64,000 nt of DNA from Desulfatiglandales bacterium (GCA_963662465.1 OY759599.1:2528001-2592000), one strand, 5' to 3'; positions 10,058-20,668 are shown, counted from the stretch's first letter. Notes: a model not told the origin generated them from the sequence alone. Numbers and translations are program-made.

Positions 10058-12805
10058 ATGGAACCCATGACCCAAATAGTTTTCAAAAAAAAATGCAATC
10101 CCGGCGCCGTCAGCATCATTGTCCCTTTAACCGGTCATTCCAAACTGCTTAAAATATCGATCGAAAAAATAGAGAAGCATACTCCCAAGATTTATGAGCG
10201 GATATTTGTAAACCGCGGGAACACGCCTCCAAAATGGTTGATGAATTGGGTAAAAAAGAGACCAAACGACCATCTGATCGAAGCTTTAAAAGGAACAAGT
10301 CGGGCCGAATGCATGAATATGGGAATCGAGGCATCCTCAGGGGAATTCATTGTCATCATGCAAGAGCATGTGATGGTGTCGGACGGATGGTTGAACGGTA
10401 TGTTGGAATGCATTGACGGCAGGGAGGATATCGGTATTGTCGGACCCATGACAGACGCCGAAACGGCCGGAATTCAGTGCGCGGTCGATTCCGCTCATGC
10501 CAAAATCAACCCCTTTGATGAATTTGCAAGGGGGTTTCGTAAAAAGAACCGCTTCCGGCGGATACGATCACGCCAGATAGCGGATTTCTGCACCCTTTTC
10601 CGCTGGCGCCTTGTTGAACAAATAGGGCCGTTCGACGAGACCTTGGAACAGGGGAGTGAGTTTGATGACTACTGCCTTCGCGCGGCATTGGAGGGGTATC
10701 ATAACTTGATTGCGGGAGATGTAATGGTACATTGCGGCAAAATCTTTCCCGTGAATAATAAAAGAGCCTTTAAGCATAAATGGCGCGGCATCGATGCACG
10801 GAGCCGTGACGGCAAGAGGCTTGCGGTTCTAATTGCGGTAGAGGCAGCGGAAAAACTCCACCACCGGGGAGATATTGACAAGGCGATCGTAATGATGATC
10901 GAAGGGATAAAGTACCGCCCGGAGAAAAAGGCGATCTACCATGGTTTGGCCGGAATGTTAATTGACGCCGGACGCTTTAAAGAAGCCCTTGAGGCGATCA
11001 ACGCCGCTCCCGACGATAAGGGAGACGATTTAACAACCATCGAGCTGTCAGGCTATTGCAACGAAGGGATGAAACGGTATGATGAGGCGGCTCGATGTGC
11101 GGACAGGGCGCTTTCCCTGAATGCGTCCTCGGCGCCGGCGCTGAATTTGAGGGGCATGCTGGCGCACCAAAAGGGAAACAGGGACGCAGCGAAGGACTTT
11201 TTTAAAGCGGCCATTGCTTCTGATCCGGGCTACGGGGATTCGCATACAAACCTTGGAATACTTTCGTGGGAGGCCGGACATCAAGACAATGCGCTGGAAC
11301 TCCTGGAGAAAGGCTTTATCTTATCCCCAACTGTCGAGGGGTGCATAAGGGCTTATCATTTTGTTGTCTCGGAAATGGCGCAATTCAAAAGAGCGGAGAG
11401 CGTGTTTCGGGAGGCAAAGGCGTTATTCCCCCAGCACCGGCGAATCGCCTTCCTCCTGATAGACATCCTCATCCAACAAAAAAAGCATGCCTCCGCCATG
11501 CGGGAAATTCGGGAAGCCATGGTCGCCTTCGGGATCAACGACGGCATCCTTTCCGCGGCAAACGGGGTACTTGACCGGATTGATGCGGAAAAAACCAAGG
11601 ATGCTCGGAAGAAACCAAACCTGTCGCTCTGCATGATCGTCAAGAATGAAGAAAAATATCTCGCAAAATGCCTTATGAGCGCACTCCCGATTGCAGACGA
11701 GATGATCGTCGTGGATACGGGCTCGACAGACCGGACACGGGCCATAGCCAAGATCTTCGGGGCTGAGCTATACGATTTTGAATGGTGTAACGATTTTTCA
11801 CGGGCGAGGAATCTGTCGCTGTCAAAGGCCGCCGGAAGGTGGATATTCGTCATGGATGCGGATGAAGTCATATCGCCGCTCGATTATGCAGCGCTCACCA
11901 GGATAGTGAAGAAGCGCCATGATGATCCCGAGGCCTATTTTATTACAACGAGAAACTATGTCAGGCAAGCCTCCATCACCGGATGGACATGCAATGACGG
12001 ACAATACGCGGATGAAGAAGCCGGAACGGGCTGGTGGCCAACAAGGAAGGTGCGTCTTTTTACCAACCATGGATTCATACGTTTTGAAAATCCCATCCAC
12101 GAATTGGTGGAACCCTCGCTGATAAGACGGAGCATCCATATAAGGGAATGCAACATTCCGGTGCATCACTACGGTCAGCTTAACGAAGATCAACATATTG
12201 CCAAACGGGAAGCGTATTATCTGCTGGCCAAAAAAAAGGTGGCCGAGGAAGGGGATAATATCCATTTCCTGATAGAATTCGCGATTGAAGCGGGCGGACT
12301 TGAAAAATATGAAGAGGCGGTGGAATTGTGGAAAAGAGCGCTTCGGATTAACCCCTTCAACGCAAAGGCATTGCTGAGTCTCGGATATACCTACATGAAA
12401 CTGAAAAATTACGAGGAAGCACGTGTCTCGGCAAGGAAGGCGATGCTGCAGGCGCCCACCCTGAAGGAAGTGGCGGTACTTCACACCACCTGCGAACTCT
12501 TATTCGGGAATACGGGAAAGAGCGTGTCATGCCTTGAGAAACTGTTGCAAGAGACGCCGGAATACCCGATGGCCCGTTCCATACTGGCTGCGACCTACAG
12601 GATCGAAGGAGAAAAAGCGAAGAGTTTAAAACAGATCAGAACGCTCACAAAAATGGGCGTGGACTGCGCGGAATATCTGCATGACCTCTCCGGGAAGCTC
12701 GTCTCCACCGGACGAACCGGCGATGCCGTCTCGCTGCTTGAACTGGCCGTGGAAAGTGGACACGACACAAAGGATATTCGCGAGTTCCTGAGTGAGTTAA
12801 AATGA
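10058..12805 (+). CDS. Dual GT2-domain TPR glycosyltransferase
   Basis: Degenerate N-terminal GT2 domain, TPRs, second GT2 LSLCMIVKNEE...MDADE, C-terminal TPRs. Confidence 0.9.
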   Translation: MEPMTQIVFKKKCNPGAVSIIVPLTGHSKLLKISIEKIEKHTPKIYERIFVNRGNTPPKWLMNWVKKRPNDHLIEALKGTSRAECMNMGIEASSGEFIVIMQEHVMVSDGWLNGMLECIDGREDIGIVGPMTDAETAGIQCAVDSAHAKINPFDEFARGFRKKNRFRRIRSRQIADFCTLFRWRLVEQIGPFDETLEQGSEFDDYCLRAALEGYHNLIAGDVMVHCGKIFPVNNKRAFKHKWRGIDARSRDGKRLAVLIAVEAAEKLHHRGDIDKAIVMMIEGIKYRPEKKAIYHGLAGMLIDAGRFKEALEAINAAPDDKGDDLTTIELSGYCNEGMKRYDEAARCADRALSLNASSAPALNLRGMLAHQKGNRDAAKDFFKAAIASDPGYGDSHTNLGILSWEAGHQDNALELLEKGFILSPTVEGCIRAYHFVVSEMAQFKRAESVFREAKALFPQHRRIAFLLIDILIQQKKHASAMREIREAMVAFGINDGILSAANGVLDRIDAEKTKDARKKPNLSLCMIVKNEEKYLAKCLMSALPIADEMIVVDTGSTDRTRAIAKIFGAELYDFEWCNDFSRARNLSLSKAAGRWIFVMDADEVISPLDYAALTRIVKKRHDDPEAYFITTRNYVRQASITGWTCNDGQYADEEAGTGWWPTRKVRLFTNHGFIRFENPIHELVEPSLIRRSIHIRECNIPVHHYGQLNEDQHIAKREAYYLLAKKKVAEEGDNIHFLIEFAIEAGGLEKYEEAVELWKRALRINPFNAKALLSLGYTYMKLKNYEEARVSARKAMLQAPTLKEVAVLHTTCELLFGNTGKSVSCLEKLLQETPEYPMARSILAATYRIEGEKAKSLKQIRTLTKMGVDCAEYLHDLSGKLVSTGRTGDAVSLLELAVESGHDTKDIREFLSELK

Positions 12806-12847
12806 GGCAACCCTTTTGTTTTAAAAAGCGGAAGAGGATCAGGAATC

Positions 12848-14551
12848 ATGCCGGAGAATGTGGCTTCGGGACATCACGAAACAGATCTTCAGTTCAAAAA
12901 GGCGCTCGAATACTATCGACTCGGCCATGTTCATCAAGCTGAGAAAATATGCAAAGAAATATGCTATACCGCCTGTGACCATGCACCTGCCTTGCACCTG
13001 CTTGGCATGACGGCATACCGGAGGAATCGGTATGATGTCGCAGTGAACCATATTGCCGCGGCCGTTCATATCAGCCCGGACAATGCCACGTACCAAAATG
13101 ACCTCGGCAATGCCTTCCTTGCTCAGGAAAAGTTCGATGAAGCCATATCGTGTTATCGAGACGCATTGAAACTGGACCCGAGTTTTGTCCGGGCATACTG
13201 CCGTTTGAGCGTCGCACTGACGAGGAAGGGACTGCTTGACGAAGCGCTTCAAAGCCTCAGTATAGCACTCAAACTCAAGCCTGATTATACCGATGCCCTG
13301 TATCAGGCAGGCTGCATATTGAATCAGAAAAACAAACCGGCAGAAGCGATCAACTGCTTTGAAAAACTACTAACGTTAGAGCCTGGAAGGGCCGAGGCCT
13401 TCTTTGCGTTGGGTACTGCACTGAGCGCGCTTGACAGGGAAGATGCTGCGATGGCTTCTTATGGGAAAGCGCTTTCAATTGCGCCCGATCATGCCTATGC
13501 CCTGAATAATATCGGGTTATTGCTCAAGGAACGGGGCGAGATAGATGATGCAGCGGCCCTGTACCGGAAAGCGATAGAGACCAACGCTGATTTAGAGGGA
13601 GTTCACTGGAACCTTTCTCACGTCTTTTTGCTGACAGGCCGGTTTGAAGCGGGCTGGAAGGAATTCGAATGGCGGTTAAAAAAAGACGACTGGCAAAAGG
13701 CAAATCTCAGGCATTGTAAAGCGCCTCTCTGGAAGGGTGAATCTCTCCGGGGAAAAACCCTGTTCATTCACGATGAACAGGGTCTGGGCGATACCCTGCA
13801 ATTCATACGCTACCTTCCGATGGTCAAGGCGCTCGGCGGAAATACCCTCTTTGAAACCCAAAAATCGCTGATGGGGCTTTTGAAAGACTTTCCGGGAATC
13901 GATCGCTTGTTGCCGCGATCCACAAAAGGCGTATTGCCGAAAGATATGGACTTTTATGTACCCCTCCTGAGCCTGCCGGCCATATTCAATACCAACCTTT
14001 ATACCATACCGGATACGGTTCCCTACCTTCATGCCGATGCCGGAAAGGCGAAATACTGGAAAGAACAGCTCAAAGGGCCACCTTTCAAAGTGGGGATCGT
14101 ATGGGCGGGAGCGCCTAAACACTGTAATGACCGGAACCGCTCGTGCAGCTTAAAGCAATTTGAACCGCTTGCAAAAATCACGGGGGTGCGGGTAATCGGA
14201 ATACAGAAGGGAAAAGCGGCTGAACAGGTCGACGATCTATGTGCAAACATTGAGATCGTTAATTATGGACCCAAGCTCGAGGATTTTACCGATACCATGG
14301 GCCTCATTGAGAATCTGGATCTGGTTATCTCCGTGGATACAGCCGTAGCCCATCTGGCAGGCGCAATGGGCAAACCAGTCTGGACACTGCTCCCCTTTTC
14401 ACCGGACTGGCGCTGGCTTTTGAATCGAACCGACACCCCATGGTATCCAAGCATGCGGCTTTATCGTCAGGAAAGAAAGGGTGCCTGGGCGCCGGTGTTT
14501 GAACGGGTTCTAAAAGACCTGCGCGAACTGGTTTCAGAAAAATCATATTGA
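12848..14551 (+). CDS. TPR + GT-B (GT9-like) glycosyltransferase
   Basis: EQGLGDTLQFIRY, LDLVISVDTAVAHLAGAMGKP; paralogue of 3157-4764. Confidence 0.9.
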   Translation: MPENVASGHHETDLQFKKALEYYRLGHVHQAEKICKEICYTACDHAPALHLLGMTAYRRNRYDVAVNHIAAAVHISPDNATYQNDLGNAFLAQEKFDEAISCYRDALKLDPSFVRAYCRLSVALTRKGLLDEALQSLSIALKLKPDYTDALYQAGCILNQKNKPAEAINCFEKLLTLEPGRAEAFFALGTALSALDREDAAMASYGKALSIAPDHAYALNNIGLLLKERGEIDDAAALYRKAIETNADLEGVHWNLSHVFLLTGRFEAGWKEFEWRLKKDDWQKANLRHCKAPLWKGESLRGKTLFIHDEQGLGDTLQFIRYLPMVKALGGNTLFETQKSLMGLLKDFPGIDRLLPRSTKGVLPKDMDFYVPLLSLPAIFNTNLYTIPDTVPYLHADAGKAKYWKEQLKGPPFKVGIVWAGAPKHCNDRNRSCSLKQFEPLAKITGVRVIGIQKGKAAEQVDDLCANIEIVNYGPKLEDFTDTMGLIENLDLVISVDTAVAHLAGAMGKPVWTLLPFSPDWRWLLNRTDTPWYPSMRLYRQERKGAWAPVFERVLKDLRELVSEKSY

Positions 14552-16390
14552 CATCACAACCGGCGCAAGGATTTCAAGATAGGTCTTCATGGTTTGGACT
14601 TTATGGGAAACCAGCGCCTGTGAACGCTGTCGAACATCAAAATTAAGAAGCCTGCCGATCACATCGTCCGCTGAATCAGACGAAGGATCGATATATTCGG
14701 CAAGAAATCCGTCCACGGTGCTTGAACGTGCGGAATGCTTGATGACGAAAGAGGGGATGCCTAAAGATGCCGCGATACCCGCCCCATGCACTCGCGTTGT
14801 TACAATCAGATTGAACCTGTCGTAAATGTCGAAATAGTCGCCGGAATCATAGGAATAATGGATCGGGACCCCAAGTTCAGAAAGGGGATTCAGCTCATCG
14901 ATATAATGACAAATCACCTCACACTGAAATTTCTGGATCAATTTCTGGAACAAAGCGAAGGTGTAAGGGTAAATCCCTTTGGCTGAAGGCGGTTGCAGGG
15001 AAGCGTCAGGTTGGGTGGATAATCCTATTCTGAGGGTCTTCCCGCTTCTCACACGCTCTGTCTTGGAGGAAAAAAGAGCCGGGCACGGCAGCTTGAGGGC
15101 ATTCAAGGAACCCAAGAGCTTTTGGGCCTGATCATCTCTGACCGTAACGACAGCGGCCCGTTCCAAGACCTTTCTATCGGCATCGGATAATTGATGAAAT
15201 GTCAGGCTCTCCCGTCTCTCAAATCCGCCAACACCCAGATACATCACCGGAATGTTGCTGTCCTGAAGCTGAAACGTCAAGGGACTCACCATCGGACCAA
15301 ACCATTCAGGCGTTCCGGCAAAAATGCAACAATCAACAAAATCCAAAGAATGCCGCTGAGTCCATGAGTTATCCCAGCGCCAATTCGTTTCCTTGATATA
15401 TTGAGACAGATCAACATCCATCTCCTGGGATTGCTCTCCTTTGCCTACCCTCAACCTCGGTTTTGAAAACAGGAGCCGTTGCACATGAAGATCCGGATTT
15501 CGATTGTATGCCATGAAGTTTCCGCAGGGCAGTAGCCGTTCAATCAAACGTCTGATGCCGAAAGCAATGAAATCATCCCCACAATTCCACATTCTGGTTG
15601 TTGAAAGCAAAAAAATTTTCCGCGATTCAGTCACATTTTTCTCAGTCCGATGACGGTTTCCGACTAAAGAAATATCCGCCGATTCCAGTTTGTAACCCGC
15701 ATCGGCTAAACATGGGCCGTGAAGATGGATAAAAGCCTCTTTCTGTCGATCGGAAAAAACGTCTTTCCACCCCCCGACAATACCTCTTGGCCGTTCATGC
15801 GACTTGATTTTTTCAATAAGCTGTTGCGTGTATTTTATGGCGCATTTTAGCATCAAAGTTTCGTCAATGTCCGAAGCGCCAACAAATTTTAACATTCTTT
15901 CAACCCAATATAGTGTATTTTTTCTGACATCTTCATATCTTACCACCATCACATTCTCTTTGTTCATGTAAGATCCGACATTCTCACTCCAGGTCCCCAT
16001 CCATGACCCTAAATACAATTCCCTGGGACTGTTCATATCTCCGCAAACGACATGTCTTTGAAAATAATCGTCCCAACTTTCCGCGTAACCCCGGTGATCC
16101 ATATTAAAATGGTAATAGGAATAAATGGCATCTCTCCCATCTCTTATCAAATAAATAATGGGGACATCCGGATAGCAAGTTTCCCACTTCCCATGACTCT
16201 TGGCTATATGGTGATGCTCATTTTCTTTCAGAATCGATTGCGGAATAATCAAATGAGTCGAAAAAGAATTGCCTTGCGCATCCTTGGAAAAAACCGGATT
16301 GACATCTAATCCTTTTGCCCCCAGAATTTCCATCAGCATCAAACGAATCCAAGTGTTACCGGATCTTGGAAAAGAATTCACATAATACAT
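14543..16390 (-). CDS. Sulfotransferase / polysaccharide pyruvyltransferase-family fusion
   Basis: N-terminal SFPRSGNTW (PAPS-binding), IRDGRD..YS, RYED; C-terminal NCGDDFI...TTRVHGAGIAASLGIP. Confidence 0.8.
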   Translation of the reverse strand: MYYVNSFPRSGNTWIRLMLMEILGAKGLDVNPVFSKDAQGNSFSTHLIIPQSILKENEHHHIAKSHGKWETCYPDVPIIYLIRDGRDAIYSYYHFNMDHRGYAESWDDYFQRHVVCGDMNSPRELYLGSWMGTWSENVGSYMNKENVMVVRYEDVRKNTLYWVERMLKFVGASDIDETLMLKCAIKYTQQLIEKIKSHERPRGIVGGWKDVFSDRQKEAFIHLHGPCLADAGYKLESADISLVGNRHRTEKNVTESRKIFLLSTTRMWNCGDDFIAFGIRRLIERLLPCGNFMAYNRNPDLHVQRLLFSKPRLRVGKGEQSQEMDVDLSQYIKETNWRWDNSWTQRHSLDFVDCCIFAGTPEWFGPMVSPLTFQLQDSNIPVMYLGVGGFERRESLTFHQLSDADRKVLERAAVVTVRDDQAQKLLGSLNALKLPCPALFSSKTERVRSGKTLRIGLSTQPDASLQPPSAKGIYPYTFALFQKLIQKFQCEVICHYIDELNPLSELGVPIHYSYDSGDYFDIYDRFNLIVTTRVHGAGIAASLGIPSFVIKHSARSSTVDGFLAEYIDPSSDSADDVIGRLLNFDVRQRSQALVSHKVQTMKTYLEILAPVVMSI

Positions 16391-16438
16391 TGTGATACCT
16401 CCGAAAAATCAAAGATGTAAAAAAAGCCCCAACCCGGA

Positions 16439-16488
16439 TGGCCACTTTAAAATCCCCCACTTGTGGCCACCCCAAAATCCCCCACCTG
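16439..16488. mobile_element. IS21-family end remnant (tandem transposase-binding repeats)
   Basis: Two 25-bp repeats, TGGCCACTTTAAAATCCCCCACTTG and TGGCCACCCCAAAATCCCCCACCTG, just downstream of the istB stop. Confidence 0.75.
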
Positions 16489-16555
16489 TGAAGGAGTTTG
16501 TGTAGGATCTTGACCGTGGCAATGGAAAGATCTTCAGCGACAGAACGATTACAAT

Positions 16556-16728
16556 TTATTCTTTTTTCTTCCCTATGGCAAGCTTTTCTGCAGCCTCCTT
16601 TAGCCTGTAGCTTTTTCCTTCAAATTTGAGCAAATGGCCTCGGTGGAGCAACCTGTCAAGGATCGCAGAGGATGCGGCATTGTCTCTGAGCAGTTTACCC
16701 CAGTCCTCCACCGGACGGTTTGATGTTG
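16556..16728 (-). pseudogene. istB: IstB ATPase C-terminal fragment (IS21)
   Basis: TSNRPVEDWG...AILDRLLHRGHLLKFEGKSYRLKE. Confidence 0.88.
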
Positions 16729-16729
16729 T

Positions 16730-17193
16730 TTGGGGTTTGCCGATGATCAAAAAAAGTATCTCTACAACAATTTCCAATATATTTTAGACGACCATGCACG
16801 AAAATACGGTATTGCCTACACCTACGAAGATCCGAAAAACCGATTTGCACAACTGATCCGGACACTGCATGAGATGTCCAAAATGCACGTTCTGGTGCTG
16901 TTGGATGAATACGACAAGCCCTTCTGAACAACATTTCAAACACGCAAACCGCCATTGCGACCCGCGAAGAATTGAAAAACCTCTATTCCGTTATCAAGGC
17001 CTGTGACCGGGTTTATCTCTTTGAGTTGAAGTTGGTGGCGCTGGTGGGGACCGGGAGCCCGCTTCATCAGCTCAAGGAAAAGAAATATCATGAGAAATAC
17101 GCGGGAAAGGACATCTATCTGCCGGGCATTGAATTCAGCCTTGAAGATCGAAATGTTTTCAATTTTGAGTGGGAATTTCTGCCGACCTTCTGA
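16730..17193 (+). pseudogene. AAA-ATPase-like / PD-(D/E)XK nuclease gene remnant
   Basis: VLLDEYDKP (frameshift) LKNLYSVIKACD joined to the C-terminal VYLFELK...QLKEKKYHEKY...GIEFS; middle portion absent. Confidence 0.75.
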
Positions 17194-17319
17194 TTGAGCG
17201 TAAGGAGAATAAGACGGAAATATGGGCATCCTTCACTTAAGGCCTTACAATTTCCGACAATGAGCTATAAATTATAAATAGCCGCAAAAAGGCGCAGAAG
17301 TATTCATTTTACATATTTA

Positions 17320-19209
17320 GTGTCTGAACGGTATCCCATTTTCTATTGATTTGTCAACTGCTTACGACACATATGGTCATCCGGATTTCTCCAAATTATT
17401 TATTTTTGAGCCCATTTTTCCCTTTACAAAATTAATCATAAATGCTATATATTGATACGAATTACTTACGTATGGTTTAAAATAATGACGCAAAGCGTCA
17501 TGATTTTGCAAAGATTCGGAGGAAAATATTATGCGAGAGGTATTCCAAAGCCAAATGAGATTCGGCGAAGTAGCAATCAGTGACATTGAATTTGACGTCC
17601 GCTCTCGCGATGAAATCCCGAAACTGCTCATTGGTCTGCAAGCGATATACTGTGACCTCGACGTTCGCCCAAAGGTTTTTGCTGCACTCACAGATTTGGT
17701 TCCCGCCAATATCAATCCTAATAACGGACGAAGAGGTATGGACCTGTGGAAAATTCTTGTTTTGGGAACCTTGAGATTGTCCTGCAACTGGGATTACGAT
17801 AAATTAATGGAAATCGCCAATAATCATCTATCATTACGATTGATGCTCGGTCACAGCATCATGGATAACGACTTCCGTTATGCTTTGCAAACTTTGAAGG
17901 ACAACGTGTCGCTCTTTACACCTGAAATTCTTGATAAAATTAACCAGATTGTCCTTAAGTATGGGCATGAAATTGTTGGGATGAAGCCTGGTGAAAAGCT
18001 GAATGCGAGCTGTGATTCTTTTGTTTTGGAAACGGATGTTCACTATCCGACAGACATCAATCTCTTGTGGGATGCCATGCGGAAAATGATCCTGTCGATT
18101 GTGTTCTTATGTGTTCAAGCAGGATTGCCTGGATGGCGCAAAAGCGATAACCTGTTAAAAAAAACCAAAAAGCTTTTTCGAAAGGCTCAACTGACGAAGC
18201 GGTCCACTTCAAAAAATAAGGAAAAGAAAGCCAAAAGGGAACAATTGATTATTGCAGCCCATATTGCATACCTTGATTTGGCCCAAGATATCATCAATAA
18301 GGTAAAAGAGACCCTTTTAGCGGCGTTATCGCCTGCGGACATTATTGTTCAGTTGAAGATACAGCAAATCCAAGGGTACATTGCCCATGCTGAACGGCAG
18401 ATTGATCAAATTCGCAGAAGGGTCGTGGAAGGAGAAAGTATTCCTCATCATGAAAAAGTTTTCTCCATTTTTGAGGAGCATACCGAGTGGATCAGCAAGG
18501 GCAAGGCTGGCATATCACAAGAACTGGGACTCAGGGTCTGCATTGTCAAAGATCAATTTGGCTTCATTCTACACTATCGGGTTATGCAAAATGAAACGGA
18601 TGATAAAATTGCAGTCCCCATCATTCAAGAAACGAAAGATCGCTTCGCTGAGCTTGCCAGTTGCAGCTTTGACAAGGGTTTTCACAGTCCGGAAAACCAG
18701 GAAAAACTGCGAGACCTCCTAGATCGAGTGGTGCTTCCCCGCAAGGGCAAGTTGTCTGCCATCAACAAGGAGATCGAAAATTCTGAAGATTTTCGTGAGG
18801 TCCGGAGAAAGCATTCCGCAGTAGAATCCAGCATAAACGCTCTTGAAAACCATGGGCTGGATCGCTGCCGAGACCATGGGATAAAAGGGTTTAAGCGCTA
18901 CGTGGGGTTGGCCGTTCTTGCGCGAAATATCCAAATCATCGGCCACGTTCTCCAACAAAAAAAGCTGAAGCAAGTACAACGATTGGAAAAAATGCAAAAG
19001 AGACGGCTTAAAGCGGCCGCGTAGTCTCAATTTTTAATTCTTGTTTTACTTCACATGGACGAGTATGCCCAATTTCGCTCAATTTAGTCCATTAAAGCTC
19101 AATCCCAAAAAGCATGTCAATTTTTAATAGAAAACTTCGATTCCCCGGCAAGGTTATTCCGATATTTCCGTCCTATCAGGCTGAAGATTACGGGTTTTCG
19201 TTCAGGCAC
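17320..19209 (+). mobile_element. Insertion sequence, ISNCY-like, complete (1890 bp)
   Basis: Terminal IRs GTGTCTGAACGGTATCCC / GGGTTTTCGTTCAGGCAC; 6-bp TSD TATTTA at 17314-17319 and 19210-19215. Confidence 0.9.
17531..19024 (+). CDS. DDE transposase (ISNCY-like)
   Basis: DSFVLETDVHYPTD, SFDKGF, RRKHSAVESSINALE motifs. Confidence 0.9.
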   Translation: MREVFQSQMRFGEVAISDIEFDVRSRDEIPKLLIGLQAIYCDLDVRPKVFAALTDLVPANINPNNGRRGMDLWKILVLGTLRLSCNWDYDKLMEIANNHLSLRLMLGHSIMDNDFRYALQTLKDNVSLFTPEILDKINQIVLKYGHEIVGMKPGEKLNASCDSFVLETDVHYPTDINLLWDAMRKMILSIVFLCVQAGLPGWRKSDNLLKKTKKLFRKAQLTKRSTSKNKEKKAKREQLIIAAHIAYLDLAQDIINKVKETLLAALSPADIIVQLKIQQIQGYIAHAERQIDQIRRRVVEGESIPHHEKVFSIFEEHTEWISKGKAGISQELGLRVCIVKDQFGFILHYRVMQNETDDKIAVPIIQETKDRFAELASCSFDKGFHSPENQEKLRDLLDRVVLPRKGKLSAINKEIENSEDFREVRRKHSAVESSINALENHGLDRCRDHGIKGFKRYVGLAVLARNIQIIGHVLQQKKLKQVQRLEKMQKRRLKAAA

Positions 19210-19358
19210 TATTTATTTTTGCTATAAACGCCCATGACAAGGGGTTTTTTGACACCCCGGCAGAAAAATGATGGCTGAACCCATATCGCCTGTTTTCATG
19301 GTAAACGCTCATGGCAAGAGGATTTGCCACCCCCACGCATGAAAATGACATCTACCGC

Positions 19359-19404
19359 TTTTAAGCTAACAGCTAACGGCTAATAGCTAACAGCTGTATT
19401 TTCA
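19359..19404 (+). repeat. Heptamer (AGCTAAC) array element
   Basis: TTTTAAGCTAAC AGCTAAC GGCTAAT AGCTAAC AGCTG TATTTTCA; near-identical inverted copy at 52913-52965. Confidence 0.85.
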
Positions 19405-19466
19405 TGGTAAATCACCGCATTGTGGTGTATGGTTATTACAATAAGAATTGAGAAAGGAGAATGCAC

Positions 19467-20147
19467 ATGGAAGCTCATGCCAGAGAAGAAATCAAAAAAA
19501 TTATCATAGCAGAACTTCCTGAATTGATGAAGATTGATCCGGATATACGTAACTTCATATTGAATGTGACGCATGAAAGCTATTCGAGCAAACGAGAAAC
19601 CGAAAGTCGTTTTGACCGGATCATGGACGAGTTAAAGAGGGACCGTGAAGCCCGTGATAAGAAATGGGAGACACAGGATAAGAAATGGGAAGAAAACCAG
19701 TGTGTCATCAACGAGATGCTTGTATCGATCCAGAAACTTGACCAGAAACACGAGGCTACCATAGGCGCTCTTGGGGCAAGATGGGGCCTGAATTCTGAAT
19801 CTGCGTTTCGAAAGGGTCTGAGGGCTATTCTGGAAGGGTCCTTTGGGGTGAAGGTGGAGAGATATGAAGACTACGACCATGAGGGAACGGTATTCGGGCG
19901 ACCGGAGCAGGTTGAGTTGGATGTGATCATTCATAACGGAACCCTGATTCTGTGCGAGATCAAATCGTCCATGAGCAAATCGGATATGTACAGTTTCTGG
20001 CGCAAGAAAAATTTCTATGAAAACAAGCATAACCGCAAGACCAGCCGGCTCATGGTTATTTCGCCCATGATAGATGATTATGCCAGGTCCGCTGCAAAGG
20101 ATCTGGGTATCGAGGTTTACGGATATGCCGATAGCGTCAAGCTTTAG
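19467..20147 (+). CDS. Coiled-coil PD-(D/E)XK nuclease-like protein (DUF3782-like)
   Basis: ALGARWGL.SE.AFR, GRPEQVELDVII...CEIKSS. Confidence 0.8.
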   Translation: MEAHAREEIKKIIIAELPELMKIDPDIRNFILNVTHESYSSKRETESRFDRIMDELKRDREARDKKWETQDKKWEENQCVINEMLVSIQKLDQKHEATIGALGARWGLNSESAFRKGLRAILEGSFGVKVERYEDYDHEGTVFGRPEQVELDVIIHNGTLILCEIKSSMSKSDMYSFWRKKNFYENKHNRKTSRLMVISPMIDDYARSAAKDLGIEVYGYADSVKL

Positions 20148-20261
20148 ATGCGTCAGAGTGGAATAAATGCGGAGGGAAGTTTAACCAAAGCCGCAAGCCA
20201 GGTATCGGATGTGCTGATTTAACAATGGTTCAAAACGATACTGCATGGTTACCGGTGGCAT

Positions 20262-20285
20262 GGGCGAAAGATTTTTCACCCCTAC
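20262..20285 (-). repeat. GTAG-type REP-like palindrome (second copy 22857-22880)
   Basis: Minus strand GTAG-GGGTGAAAAATCTTTCGCCC hairpin. Confidence 0.6.
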
Positions 20286-20634
20286 GAAGGCCCCAATGAA
20301 TATCCCATCAATAATTAAGGCGATCTGCTTTTGATGTCTTGCAGGCGTATTTTTTTGTGATCGTTTGCTGGGACGCCGTCTTCTCATCCTGTTCATCGTG
20401 TTAAATCCTGTGAATCGTGTTCAAGACGGGGAGAAAGCCAATAATGGCGTATCCCCCTTTTCCCGAGTTCCGCGTAGGAATGAATTAGAATAGGGCTTTG
20501 GCTAAGCTATCCCGGCTTGCGACCGTAGCCTCATTTTCTATCCTTCCTTACTGATTATCAAATCAACCAATTCGACGTTACAGGAAATATGAGAGGTGTC
20601 AATAAGGTGGAAGCACAAGGGTACTAAACATTCC

Positions 20635-20663
20635 TTGACGGAATTACCCTATAAGGTTAACGT
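20635..20663 (+). promoter_or_regulatory. mqsRA promoter with overlapping MqsA-type operator
   Basis: TTGACG-N17-TAACGT; palindrome TTACCCT-ATA-AGGTTAA (20644-20660) resembles the AACCT-N3-AGGTT MqsA site. Confidence 0.65.
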
Positions 20664-20668
20664 TCATT

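Larger units (their letters stand above)
19407..20419 (+). repeat. Segmental duplication, copy 1
   Basis: Near-identical to 21777-23014, including upstream and about 270 bp of downstream non-coding DNA. Confidence 0.95.

Noticed and set aside
20181..20396. Duplicated minus-strand ORFs (also 22776-23039)
   Set aside because: They run through REP-like and 9-bp repeats; conservation is explained by the recent duplication
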